A stretch of DNA of 63,270 nt, the filler included, from Basidiobolus meristosporus CBS 931.73 (lineage: Eukaryota; Fungi; Basidiobolomycota): NCBI GenBank assembly GCA_002104905.1. It is 3 parts of 3 records of this genome, joined end to end, with 100 filler letters (N's around TTAATTAATTAA, not from the genome) between each part and the next. Parts side by side here need not be neighbours in the genome. Positions count along the whole stretch, not along the records: positions 1 to 18,121 come from MCFE01001070.1; 2 more parts are not named here. One strand, given 5' to 3'. The notes beneath the pieces are model-generated. The model worked only from the letters and a program-made list of their open reading frames with translations. It did no database searches and was not told the origin of the DNA. Below are positions 1 through 13,699 of this stretch, one piece after another. The position numbers and the translations under genes were made by a program. How positions within the stretch are numbered: the stretch's first letter is position 1; each line of letters opens with the position of its first letter.

Positions 1-3000
1 AAGGTTGGCGAAATCCCCTGGTTAGCCACAAGGTGGAAAGAGGACAGCACAAGCAGTCTGAAGACTTACCAACAGCACTGGGGAGGCCGGACATATTAAA
101 AGCTTGCTTGAACATTTCAGGCTTCAGAGTGGGGATGTAAGTTGAGTATGAGGCAGGGTAAAGCTCCTAATAATGATGGCCACTGTAGATAACGGAAGCC
201 AGAGTAAGGTGACCAGTCCAAGACGCAAAAAGAGAAAATTTCGATGTTCGAGCTGGGTGACAATTTGTTGGATGTGGCAGAAAGCCAACGTTTATAGCAT
301 CTCGGATAATAGCCAGCTAGGCCATCCACACCCTATCCCATAATAGGCCCCGTATCCTCATTTCTACTGGATTGCCATGCATTATAGTGATTCGTATATA
401 ATTCCCAACTGATTTGAAGGTGCTCATTTGGATCAAGGGATGTCCCTCAAAGATTTTTCGTCGCTTCCACTTCCCTCCGAAACCGGAAATTGATGTACAG
501 TAACAATTGATCGCCGATTAAAATAAAACTCCCTACTCCCCAACAGCCACAGCAGGCATCCAGAAAGCAATGGCATTGAGCACCAACGGCTCCATGCAAG
601 GTGAGTTTGCATGCGCTAGAGACTTTGTAGACATACCTCCGGCAAGTGCTGATTTTCCATTACGAATGAATCTCGGCTGCGTCCCCATCTAAAACCCGTA
701 ATCCGCCTCAGCACGACCACGGCAATAAATTAATCGACTAACTGGCCTCAGAATCATCCGATTCCGCGCAAGAAACGATGGATTAGTTGGTCACGCAGAA
801 AGCTTAAATGACTACGGTTACAACTGCCCGCATGAGTTATGCGAGGCTCAAGTCGATCATACACTGAAGAACATGATACGTTGCGTGCACCACAGCGGCA
901 TCCACCGCAGGCCATATTGGGTAAGCGAGATCTCGTTCTGCCTGTATTCCATGGCCACTCATCTTGAATATACTCCCACATAACTGTTTGGAGGTAGCCT
1001 CATGTTTTCTGTAACAGCCCCTGTACAACGACGCTATCACCGTGGCTTCTAAGCCTACGATTGCATGGCCAGATTGCCAGCAGATTATTTGTTAACCCGC
1101 GGCTCAGCAAAGCGTGGTGTAACTCTAGGTAAAACGATGTGATGGGAGATTAATCATTGAGCATCCGGCATCTTGATCAGTCAGATTTCGGGCATCTTGC
1201 AGGCCAGCAATAATGAAATGGACGTAGCTGTGTACATGGTACATGATTGGGCTTTTCATCGTGGATGGTACATATCCCAGCCAGTGGCAGATGATGGACC
1301 TCGGAGCGATTTGTTTCAGGTCGCCATCTCTAGATCGCTTCTGATGGTTGAGGGTTGGATGCGCCAGGGGGATGGCCCCATCGATCGCGTGATAAGACTG
1401 CAGACGCCGGCCATTGCTCGCCCATCGCCCTGGCCGTTGCGCTGCGAGCCAGGACGAGGACTTGCGACACCAATGGGTGCCATTCGCTCAGCGCTGATGG
1501 AGATCTGAGGCACGAATCATTACCGGTTCAGTAAATTGGATTCCCAAAGTGCTCTCGGAGGTGTCACCTGAGCCACCCGAATCTGCACTGGATCCCAGCC
1601 GCCCCAAATCACCTGGGAAAAGCATGCTACTGAGGCCGGGCTTTGTATTGCGATTACTGGGCTTAGGTGGCAATCATGGCGACAGTATCGGTGGAGGACC
1701 CGTTGTAAGGAAGGCCCAACGGTTGGGTCGCACCCGATGGAAGATGCTCTGATGCAGGAGGACCGGTATTTGCTCCTTATGGCAGTCTAACACCATTGCC
1801 TATTTGGGCCTTGGTGGGTGTTTCAGTCGTGTGGTTCTTGCTGGCGTCCACGCAACCGATCCAAAGCCACGGCCATTTGCCCCAGGAGCCCGCGGATTGG
1901 CTTGAACCACCGAAAATGATGCGGGATCAGGAACCTTGGCCGATACAGCGGCGGAAAATGATTGCACAGTCATCGGCAACCAGTCCAAGAGCGATTTCTC
2001 CGCTCCCAGTTGGTGGAGGCTACCCATCTACTCGACTTTCCGGTATCAACCAGTGTGCGGATGGATTGGGACTTTTGGGGTTAGTGTGTGAATCAAACTT
2101 GCGAAGAATTTGGGAATGCGCATTCAACCTGCTTAAAGCGGTATATATCCTTATTGTTCAGCTGCATTCCGCTATTCCGCACTTGATGATGAGGCCTATC
2201 TGCAATCATCGAGCTGGTGCGGAGGAGCTCGGTACGTTCCCTTGAAATACCTTTAAGGCCGTTGATCTATTATTTCTCAGTTGAGATTATCTCCAGATGA
2301 ACGTCTGCCAACCTCTATCCTAACGGGGGACGGATCATGCTCATACATCGAAAATTTCCCTATCCCATGCCTACGCTAGCCAACATGTTGGACCGCCCCT
2401 TGGTGAACAGTAGGCTGGCGATTGCCTCAAATAATCAGTTTCATATGGGGTCGGGTGGAAACAATTCTCTCGAGAGAATCAAAAGCCTATGGGAACTTGT
2501 GTACCGGATCATTAGATGCAGATGTTGTATTTACTTGAATTCGAAATCCAGTCACAAGAATTGGCTTCAGTACAAATAATTTGCACCAGAGGCAAGTGCA
2601 GTAAGCCAATAAGTGACTGGCAACTGAGAGAATATGATTAAGTAGATATGGTGTAGTGTAAAAGCAGCATGTGCACCGGATAGATATCCGTAAATCTATT
2701 GGCTTGTGTGGTGGAAGGTATGGAAAAGTTGCGTGCACGGTTGGGGGGTTTTGGACAACTGTATATCTTCAAGTCGCAGCAATCATGGAAAATCATATGT
2801 TAAGAAATCAATCACCACAGAAACCATCCTTGGGAAGTCAAGCTATATGGCTAACTAGTTACCAAGCTGATTGCTGCAACCCGTTTTTTATACCCCCCCC
2901 CACTCAGCTCCTATTCCACCACAGATCCAATTGCTAACAGTGTACAACATTCAACATACCTCTTCCTCATAACCATATCAATTTATTACTACTGCCAACT

Positions 3001-3928
3001 CTAAATCTAGCCTTCTCATGATTCAATCTGGTGCTACTTGCACTATATTCAATTCATACTACTAGCCTTTACTAGGGTAGAACTGATTATGAAGTGTATT
3101 TAAGATAAACCTCACCATTGTGCTCATGACTGAACGCTTTGCAATTGCAAGGCTTGCGTGTTCACTACTGGAGTATGCTATATCTCAAGTGCACATACAT
3201 TGTACATACATCGCACAGATCTGGCTTTAGCAACAGGGCTACCAAAGCCTCATCAAACACACCTGGAAATCACCATATTTGTAAAGTTAAGAAATCCAGA
3301 TCCGGCACGTGAGCCTGCGAAAGCTGTCTTTAATATAAAATGGGTAGCGTACGTGCCAAACCAATTTTCTCGGCGATTTCATATTTAATTAAGCTTACCA
3401 CGCCTCATCGGTTTCAGTGAGATTATTCAGGCAGCTGCGGCGCGATAGCAAGACCCAAACAAACGTGGATGGCTGCTGCACTAGTGCAAAAAGCCATCCA
3501 TTTAAACCGCACTATGCTCGCTGCACTCTGCAACCTGATCTATCACCTGACTCATCTGTGCCACGGCCAACCCTCATGTAGTCCAATCAACTGAGTAGCT
3601 AATATCGCAAAGCCAAGTTACTCACGACGCCTTGGGCCGAACTCGAGTCGCCCCAAACACCCAAGTGAAACTATCCCACGGCCCGACAGATTCGAAACAA
3701 CGCCCTGAACTGTTACGGATTAAATTCGGCCGAATTGCTAGACTTACTAGTTGTCTGGGATAATCCATTTACCCCCATGTAGTTTATTATTTGTTGGATA
3801 TTTTTTACAGTATGATGCATTAAGATAGTTAAGTGAAAAGACGCAACCATCTGGTTGCATGAAAATCTTACAATAAAATAAAGGAGCGACTTGAAACAAC
3901 GCCGAGATCAGTCTTGGTTAGAAGGTAA

Positions 3929-6247
3929 CTACATATTGCTGGCCTTTAAACATAAGGTCAAGATGGCAAATGTACCTTCACCCAGTACGAATCCCGAAGC
4001 CACAACGATGGAGAGGATCTGCACCAAGCGTGGTCGGTCGCTCCATCTACGAATTATCTCCACTGCTAGGGCACCAATCACACGAGGGAGAGTATAGTTT
4101 GGTGGGTTGTAAATGCCGATGGCGAACGCTATGCCGGACGGCATGTAGCGGATAAGCTGAGCGTGGGGGTATTTCGCCTCCAGTACGGGTGGGATCGCAA
4201 AAACAAGCCCGAAAATAAGAATAAAGGGTAGAACGTTTGGTGGAAGAGGATGCCCGTTGACAAGTCGGGACATATCAAGCCACACTAGGGCAGTGGGTGC
4301 TTGGAATACCGGGCCAGGTATGGAGTAAACACTACTGTAGAGCTGATAGGCTCCAACGGCAACGAAGACCGAAACAAACGAACCGATTAGCTGTCCAAAG
4401 AATTGCGCACGAGGAGACGCACGTAAAAGGTGGCCAGTTTTCATGTCTGACAGAAAAAGGTTAGGAGGTGGTTCCGAAATGTTGCTTGGCTAGAAACTTA
4501 CCTTGCATCAAATCACCAGCTTGTTGTGCTCCCGCTTCGGCAATGCCACCTGCCACTATGTTCGCTGCTATTCCGCCAGGAATGACACCGGCAAATACGA
4601 CTTGTGAGATCTTCCCAATGCCGCTGACGGGGTTCAGGTCGGTTTCTCCGAGCGCACGGACAGCCAGAATACTCAAAAGACAAGCAAGAAAAACGGACAG
4701 AAGGGTTGCATATATCGGTATGCCAAACAGAACAGTGACCGCCACTACGCATAATATGGAGGAGAAGGCCAAACCCCCATAAGTCACCCACGATGGCACC
4801 AACTGCTCCGGAGGGCACGGCTCTTCATCGTCAGAATCCTCCTCGTTCTCATTGTGGTTGTTGTGGCTCTTCCAACGTTGGTTAAGCTCCTTCACCACGA
4901 CCATAAATAAACCAACAATACTCTCGGATATCATGACCGCAAGAGATACCCAAAGTATCCAGCCACGGGCTCCGGTTTGCGCATCATCGATTGGGCCAGG
5001 CGCCCAGCCATTGAAATAACTAATCGGGGACAAAATACCCCAGCCAACAATAGCACCAACAAGCATTGCGAGCGTAGTTGGCAGACCCATAATGATTCCT
5101 TGTCCCATATACGACAATGCTAGTATGGCAAATAATTAATGGACTGAACCAGCTGGCAGTGTTGTAGATAGGAATTAATACTAACATGGCGTCAGGAACC
5201 AATTCCATGCAACCGCCTGTTGTCCAAAGATAGGCAAGCGAGAGAGTATGGGGAAGAAGTAACTGGAGAGAGTATACGCTCCAGACGCCAAAAATGAGTA
5301 AAACAAGCACATCCACTGTCTGTGCCAGTTTACTTGCTCATCGGTGAACATTGGCTTCTTGTGTAAGACACTGATCATCTGTGCAGTCGCGGTTCCAGAG
5401 GGAAAACGTAATTTTTCCTTAATGATCTAGAAGTCACTAAGGGTTAAACCATGTTCCAGCAAGTATCACTCAAACTCCATCAATAACTTACTGTTTGTTT
5501 CCGCAGCGGAACAGCAAAGAAAACACCAAAGAAGGCAATTCCAAGTCCCCACAAAATCAATTCGTAGCTGCTCAATACAATTGGCCCGCCTTCTTCCGCG
5601 GTCAGTAGACTAAGCGCTGGGATAATTCCCACAAAGCCTAAGGAAAGATCACAAGTTAGGATATCAGACACAAACTCCGACGCAATGGTTGCGCTTTACC
5701 TCCTGCTAATGGCATGGTGGCGGTAGCCACTGCGGTGGTCTGTAGAATAACATTCTCGGTTACTCCAAACCGAATCTGCATCCATCGGTGAAATGGCTTA
5801 AAGAGAACAAAGCCTAGAAGCGAGGATTGCAAGGACATCATAGATATCCACCCAGTTTGAAGTCCAAAGTACATGTTACTGAAGCAAAGGATAGATCCGA
5901 TTGCTAGACCCACGATGATAGCGCGGAACTAAACTACTTGGTTAGCATAGGGCCACTGAAAAAGTGCTAGTTGGATAAACTCACTGTGAAATGAGGTAAA
6001 TTTGCTTCGTCTTGTGTCGAGTCGGTCGATGAAATAGAAGAGATATCGTCACCTTTTTCTTTATCTTTTAACGCAATTGGAAAGGAAGTTAATTAGACGG
6101 AACAACCAAATACTCCAGCAATAACTGTTTACCATCAGTTTTATGTATAGACAAGTAATCGTTTTGCCGCCGCTTACTAGTCGAGGCCGGCATGGCGGTT
6201 CTAGTTTTAGATAAGGATTCTTCGGACAATAAAGGTTTGTGTTCCAT
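3929..6247 (-). CDS. OPT-family (YSL/YGL114W-like) oligopeptide or metal-chelate transporter, multi-exon
   Basis: GT-AG spliced exons join into one frame: MEHKPLL...PHFT|FRAIIVGLAIGSILCFSNMYFGLQTGWISMMSLQSSLLGF...|IIKEKLRFPSGTATAQMI...|SYMGQGIIMG...ETDLNPVSGIGK...AGDLMQ|DMKTGHLLRASPRAQF...stop at 3929. These are characteristic OPT motifs, with many hydrophobic segments. Confidence 0.9.
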
Positions 6248-8537
6248 CGTGCGGTGCGGTTTCCCAAGAAGCGCGGGCGAGAGAGAGGGGATAAGAGAAA
6301 CAAGGATTTGACGAACTATAACTTTGTTAATGTACTGTACAAGAGCAGGAGCCGTGCTCAAAATCCACTATAAGAGGAATTGTAGCAAATCAATCAATAT
6401 AGAAAATCGAAATTAGTGCGGGCCTCTCGTGGTTATGTAGTCGTTATAAAAACAATGTTGATTTGTCATAAATAGCAGTCATAGGATTTGGTGGTGGAAA
6501 TAGATCGGGTAATGCAATGGCTCCGTGCATTAAATTCAGCACCAAAAAGGAAGTGGGTGTGGTCATGTGCTGCACAGTACAAATTGCCTCATTTTCCACG
6601 GTGATGAGGACATTGATGACTAATATGATCGGAAACAATTGTTATTTGCAACCAATTGATGCACAGTAATGAAATCCTTGCGGGGTATCATTTGACGAGG
6701 AATCTAGTAAAGCAGTAGGCGAAATAGATAGATGATTCTCACCAATGGGCATACCGGAATTTTCGATAGAGTGCAAATATATGTAGAAGAAAGCTGCAGC
6801 AGATCCGCAGCAAACTATTACGAAAAATTTCAGCTTGGAACAGCCTTTCACGTGACAAGCGTGGAAGTAGTGTTCAAAGGGTGCAAATCACCTCTTTGTG
6901 CGTAATGATGCTTAAATCTATGTGATTGCAAAGACCCATCAAGCCTTGTGCATTTTAGACTGAAGATTGCTTATTCATCAATACTGGCATCAATCACTAG
7001 CTTGTATCTTCAATGTTGCAGTCGACCAATTCTGCCCTTAGGCCAAAGTTGCGGGGCTTGTTGTGATTTTAAATACTCCATTTCATCACCATCTCGTTGC
7101 TATATCAAAGCCATGAGTAAACTAAAGGAGGAACCAGGCTAGAATATAGACGTTGTAGTTTACTTTAGACAGCCTATAGCTTTGCATCCTATGCGCATTA
7201 CGGAGTGAAGTATATAACGACTTCCGTTCTCTTTCACTTGGATATAAGTCTTTGGGTGAATCAAGGGAAGATTGTGCCGAATAGTTTCTTAACTACAACT
7301 AAACTGAAGCTGAAATCCGGATTTCTTTCACACAGATATTGGAGTAAGGTCTGCTCGGCCTCCAGGATGCAAAGAAACCTGACTGGCGTGTTGTAATTCT
7401 TGTATTTCAGGCCGATAAGTGATGTAGTATGCTCTACGGTGGACAGATCATCAAAGGATACTACACTGGCTAGTAGATAATCTAGTGGAAGGTGTGCTTC
7501 CTGTAGGTGCAACCTGTTTCTCAAGTAGCACCTTTACCGGATAGTTTCCTCCAGTGCAAATCCAGCACCACCATTATGTGGCAAAGGAGCTTGATGGCGC
7601 GGACCTAGTGGTAAAGTCGAAGTATTAAAATACTTTGCTCACATAAAGCATACACGGTGTTCAAGCCAGTGGGCAGAGGTGTTATATTGTGAATGTATTT
7701 TCATCTTTTACATTACTTTCTTGTGTTTGTATTGCCGTCCAGCTAAGCAAACCTCATTTCAGATTAAATCTATCCTTATTTGGGATCCGCATTGTGTAAA
7801 ACTTCTACAGGTCTGAGCTTTTAGATGTTAATCACCAAAAAATAAAGCTAGGATTACTGAAGTCAGCACCAAAATTATTCACGCATCACAAATTGCCACT
7901 TGGGAAACCTTGTTTGTACAGAATGGACGGAAATCTTCAAACCTGCCCAGATGACTCCAAACTTTTTCTTATCAGAAGCCTTTGATATATAGTAGGCATC
8001 CAACCTGTAACAAGCTTATAGCTTTTAAAGAATCAGGATTAGTGTCTACATTTAATAATGGTACTACTGGCAATTTCTAGGCACCAACAAACACTGTTCC
8101 TAAACAGAGCATGGACCCAACTGCTAGCTTTCCAAAGAGCTTTGGGTAATACAAATATATGGCTGTATTTGGGGTAAGCAATGAACAGTGACAAAAAATC
8201 CAAGAAAAATGCAATTTTGATGCTTCTGATAGGGCTTGTATTGAGAGTGGCAGTGGAAACGTGGAAGTGATATGAAGTATTTCTAGAAAATTGCGAGGTT
8301 TATCATCATTATTTATTGAGCTGAAATGATGCATTTATACGTCGTGTTTTGAAATATAATCTTCAAAATAATTTGAAGAACACAGAAAGGTCTTTTGAAT
8401 GAGTGTGAAAAATATGATGACCTCTAGCATTCTCACAATCTCCTCGAACTAGTGGGTGACATATGTCTTTGGCAAGATTAATGTCACAATCAAGCAAGTG
8501 CCATATCTATAGTATGCAGATAATCAGGTGCTAGGCT

Positions 8538-8780
8538 TATAAGGATATTGAAGATATCGGAAGTGATTGGGAGAAGTAGATTATTCGGCTTTCACTTGAT
8601 GATTTATCGGGGGTAAAAGATGTATTTATACTTTTGCATGATCTTGGCAAGACAAACACGTAGAATATGTTCGAGAAGACTCTAAGAGCATATGTACAAA
8701 GTTTAGGGTCTTTTGGTCAACTTTGCAAAATATGATATTCTGGGTACCTGACATTTCGGTGAAAATGTTCTTAGTAAACC
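8538..8780 (-). repeat. Degenerate family-B copia LTR remnant
   Basis: Aligns by eye to the LTRs at 13700-13992 and 39105-39454 (ggaagtgattgggagaag ... gtatttatacttttgcatg ... tctgggtacctga). Confidence 0.55.
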
Positions 8781-10630
8781 CGGAGAGAATTTGCTACCGG
8801 GTGCGAATATGTTACATGATTTATAGGCTCTCAGCCAATTCTGCAAATGAATGCCGGAAGTCATCGCAATATACAAGCTTCTCCAAATAGCCCAAATTCT
8901 GTACTTTGCTTCATGGAACCTTCGCAAGGTTATATACATTCCCATCAAGTGGTATTCCAAAAAGCATATAACTATGTGCAAAATTTTGCCAACCTCAGCA
9001 ATGTAACCTTCCCAGAGAATTAGCCAATTTCCTAATAAGCCTAATTGACGGTCCATACATGATAGCCCAATCAATTGCAATCTCATACTTCATGAATATT
9101 GTACGTCTAAGCACAATAAACGCTCACCGCATCAACATGCTAGAAATAAATCTTACCTTCAAGCCAATTTTTATACCATTTCCATCGGTTGACCAGAGAT
9201 GTAAAAACAATGGGGCAACAATAGCACACCAACAATCCTGGGCGTCTAGAGATTAGAAATAATGATCTCAACTTTTCAAAGTCGCAAGCACAACCATGTT
9301 TCCTTCTAACTAGAAGAATAGTGCTTCAAGGTCCTGTTCCAACAGCCTAAAGCATTACCAAGGTTTGTTCCATTTCAGAAGGCCAGCGTAACTATAGAGC
9401 GATCTATCTGGCTATGATGTATGTTAATATATATTCACCAAGGGTTGGTGAGAACTGGTCTGGTGGAGTTCAATTGCTGGCTGGGAAGGTGCCAGCGCAG
9501 TACTTCGAACGTGCAGAAGAGATTTTTCTCGTATTGACCGACAAAAGCGATGGTGGCTGATTCATCAGGCAAACACTAATCATTTAGAAATGGGGCTTTA
9601 ACGCTAAGGCAACAATCGCTATTAAACTGCATCACAAAATCATCAAATTTCTATCGACGTAGCCAAGTAAATTTCGAATCCACGCATGCGTTCACCAGGT
9701 GCAAACCCAGCACTAAGGTATGGTCGTGCCAGATAGAGGTTGGTGTAATTAATACTGCATTTGGAGTACCTCGTCCCTGTGATGGTGTCAATGGGCAGTA
9801 GCTAATCGAGCAGAACAAGAAATCGGTTGTACCGAAGCGCGAGGCGGATTTGGAAAAATATCGAGTGTCCCTCCAACCTTTCCGACAATGGCGCCACGTG
9901 CTACGTACCACAGGCTCCCTAGGCCGCTTTTTCGGTTTCGCCAACGCCATCCCAGACTGTTACTACTAGGGGAAGGAATCCAGGCATGCGAGTTCCTGGA
10001 GATCGCCACGCAAGTAGTGAAGATTCACATTGAAAATCCATTGCAGAAAATACCGGATCTGACCCCAGCCTAGAGGTGCGAAGAATGATCGCTGTCTAAT
10101 GACCCTGCTGCTTCGATGACACTTCTATCGAGACTTCGCTTGTCTGGACCTGCAAAGTCCATGTCAATGGCAATTCCCAAAACGCAGTATATCGCCCACA
10201 GGTACGTGCTCTTTTCCGGATGTTCCATCATGCGTTCAATCCCTCCCAACTTGCTGCACTCAACGCAACAACGCGTCGGATGAGGGTGAATGGCATGGAT
10301 AGTGAAGAACGGGATCAATCGCAACCAATGTTCCAATGAGTCAGATCACGTCTTTCATTGGAAAGCATTTTTTACGCAGAGCTGCCCAACCTAACCATCT
10401 TGATTGTTGCTGCCTCTGGAGTAACCACGCATGTATGCTTGGCTGAGAATGGTAATGGCCAGATTGCTGTGTCTCTACGCACGAATAGAAGCGTAGAGAG
10501 GCTCTCATTCGTAGGGCATTCTCGCACAACCCTAAGTTGCCATTTTTGTCGACCGGGCGCAATATATCACGGACCTGCCGTTTGGACTTTGCCCACTGCT
10601 TTTCCCGATTCTCATTTTTTTGAAGCACTA

Positions 10631-11837
10631 ATGTACTTTGCGAACCAAAACAACCCCTGTGCTGGTTTACCGGTTCATAAGAGCTCCGACGAAAGGGTCT
10701 CGGTGACGAACTCTGGACATTGGCCTGTATTCTATGCAAGACCGTGGTTCTCCAAATGGTGGCGTCGATACAAGTGGTATCTTGTGATGTTTGTCCTGAT
10801 TGCGCTCTATACCATGCAGATGCGCCACTCCCCAGCTCCCATGCAAGTGCATGGTCTCTATAGACAGCCCAATGATCCTCACATGACCATTTTTATGCTC
10901 ACCTCAGAGGCAACATTCCATGACCGCGGACGTGCTGTGATGGACACTTGGGGGAAGCGGGCGGAGGAGCGCGGCATTCCGGTCTACTTCGCCTCATCTG
11001 TTGTGCCAGCAGAGAAGCATGGATTTCGCATACTTGATATAGCCGAGACTGATTATGAGCACATCTGCTAACGGACGTATCGCGCGTTGGAGTATTTTTA
11101 TCGGTTGAATTACTACGACTGGATCATGAAGGTGGATGACGATACCTACGTAAATATTGATCAACTACTCAGCGGGTTCAAAGAGGAGAACCCGAACGAG
11201 CTTCGATTACTAGGTCATATGGACTCTGGCCCTGTCACCCGTATTCACTCCTGCTTCGGCGGCTCTGGATATATCCTAAGTAGGAGGCTGCTGAGAATGG
11301 TTGGCCCATTCCTTGCCCAGTGCCGTCTTTCTGTGAACATGGGTGCTGAGGACGTATTGTTAGCTGATTGCATTGGCCGGAATAAGCCGCCGTGGTTCGA
11401 TGGCTGCTTGCCGTTCAGGAATGATGTCAAGGATATGGTGGAGGATTTAACTGGAATGCCTGTTGATGGACAAACGAGTGTGAATGAGTTAATGCCGCCC
11501 ATAGGTGAGGTAAGTTGGATGTCTTTGATCTCATCTGGGGGTGCCCTCCCCCCCAAAGCGTATTATAAGGGCTGCTAGCAATAATGCGACCCAATACATT
11601 ACAACATTTAGCCCGCGGCTATCAGAGTTCCCATATGCTCCATTGCTTGAGCGCTTTGTTGGATTGCCTGAAGCTAATATTGAGGCGTTGATTCGTTCTG
11701 ACCAGGCCTCGAATCAGCGACGATGGCATACTTATTACTTCAGGTATTGGCCATTGGAAGAAGCATATACTTTTCATAAAGTACTACCGAGGCAAATACT
11801 TCAGTTGCGCAACATATACCGAAAAATGTCTCGCTAA
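10631..11837 (+). pseudogene. GT31 (Fringe / core-1 beta-1,3-galactosyltransferase-like) type II membrane glycosyltransferase with a single in-frame TAA
   Basis: N-terminal TM segment WYLVMFVLIALY, DTWGKR, catalytic WIMKVDDDTYV, GGSGYILS and EDV motifs. TAA at 11069-11071 lies in frame between the two ORF halves (HIC*RTYRALEY). A probable intron at 11510-11558 joins to the last exon ending at 11837. Confidence 0.75.
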
Positions 11838-13029
11838 TACCCACAAATGTATATACATGTAACGTAATAATTAAATGGACTGAGCCGAGCAAGGAGATAA
11901 ACTACTACTGCACAATATATTATAAAATAATACATGCTAACTAAGATATCGGCTTTTGTAAGACTGGTGCATCATACGGAGTTGTGTGCTCTATAAAGAG
12001 CCACAAAGGTATGCATTTGCTCTGTCGATTCTTCTGGCAACTAAACCCTAAAAAAAAAACTAATTAAAGGTTATAAGAATTCTATTGTAATATCAGCTGA
12101 ATTCGAAATTTTTCTCAACTTACAAATCTCAACATCTCAGGTACCAGCTATTGGGCAGACACATTTTCTAGGAGGGCACTAGGCCAACTAGAATTCATAC
12201 CAAACTTGGTTATCAGCCAATCACAAGTTCCAACAGGAGTTGCAACTAAAAACTGGAAGAAAAACACCAGCTAAATGCCAGCAAAATACCATTACAATAC
12301 CATTTGAATACTAGCAGAATACTAACAGAATACCAGCAGATAATCATATGAAATCCAAGTATGAGGTTGCTTGCAGGGTAAAGTACAGATTGTCTATGGA
12401 TCTTGAGGAAGTCTATATTACAGCATAAGCCAAATGTTAGGAATGCTGCTAATCACAAAATGTTGCAAAGGTTTTAGGTACAGCATAATCTATATCATAG
12501 TTACAGTTTTTCTCACTGATTTAGAGATTATTAGTTGTAATATATTCTCAGTAACACTGACCAGCTCCTGAATACAATGAGACACTAAAGTATTATATTG
12601 ATCTAGCTCATCCCAATGATTATGCACTTGTAGCTCAGCTACCTGGGGCCCTCCTCAGAGCCTGCTTATGAGTATAGGTACCAAAGCTCAGCTCAAATGG
12701 GCTATAAGTGAGAAAATAAGCTGCAATATACCAGAGCAATTCCAAGATATCCATATTACTTTCAGCAAGCAAATGCCTATATGAACAAGTCAGCATGTTA
12801 CAATTGGCTAAGACACTTAACACCCAAATATGGCTGTTTATGAGAAGAACAGGGCAGATGGATATTGAATATGTAATACTATATTGCTTCCACAAGTGCA
12901 ATCCAACTACCCTACATATAGCTGATATGGCATATTATGAAAACTATTGCTGGGGTGCAGGCATTTGTTTACATATTAAGAACCTGCTAAGCCAATGAAG
13001 TGTTACCTTAAATGAAGTACACTTAGTGT

Positions 13030-13190
13030 TGTTGTAAGAGTGTTGAGATATTGAAAGTGACTGAGAAAACAAGCAGATTGTATAGTTTCACTTCATGACT
13101 TGTTGTATGTGAAAGTAATGCTCATGCATTATATGTTTTGGCAAGAACAGTGTCTAGTACATTATCAGAAAGGTCTCAAGAGCACATTAC
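13030..13190 (-). repeat. Degenerate family-B copia LTR fragment
   Basis: tgttgtaagagtgttgagatattgaaagtgactgag... matches the start of the 39105 LTR (tgttgtaagagccttggagatattggaactgattgggag). Confidence 0.55.
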
Positions 13191-13699
13191 AATATTGATA
13201 GTACTTGGTCAACTTATCCAGATATTATGAGTACTTGATATTATGACAGAATATTGTCAGTATGCCCAGACTAGAAGTCTAGAGAAGACACTCTGAGCAC
13301 TAAAGAGTATGAGCCAAGTAATCAGGTACAAAGTTAATAGTATATCAAGGTATTACTATTGAGTCTAAAATAAAAATAAGCATTGTCCTAAATACCAATC
13401 AATTAATATTTTCATACCAAAATTAGCTTAGATGGCTTCTTCAAGTGAGGAGATAATCCTTTACTCATGTGTTGAGTAATGTATGTGAAGTTTGATTCAC
13501 AATTGGTCTTCAATTAGAGATGAAGTTCTTCAAAATTACAATGGAGCCTGCAGAGTAGTAGCAATTTTTGATTTGTCACCTTAGTTAGTCACTTTGTAGA
13601 TTGTCAAAGCTGTAATTCCACTGGTGAAATAAGTGCAATGCAACTTTAACCTATTCAGGATGCTTGATAAGTATCATCAGTGCCTAGATAATGAAAAAA

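Noticed and set aside
600-2300. Possible LINE remnant (LVADDCAII on minus strand near 1960-1990) and GC-rich short ORFs
   Set aside because: Single weak motif; the candidate QG motif is too far away and no other RT motifs are in order.
2580-2940. Possible very old family-B-like LTR
   Set aside because: Only short patches of similarity (ggggggttttggacaact); boundaries cannot be supported by eye.
6465-6530. IAVIGFGGGNRSGNAM resembling the FtsZ/Rossmann N-terminus
   Set aside because: Preceded by a stop, with no downstream homology; likely chance.
10358-10630. Upstream TTG-start extension of the GT31 ORF
   Set aside because: Non-ATG start; the ATG at 10631 gives a normal type II membrane topology.
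12270-12350. Short gaataccagca-like tandem repeats
   Set aside because: Only three to five degenerate 11-bp units; no TIR or TSD context could be established.
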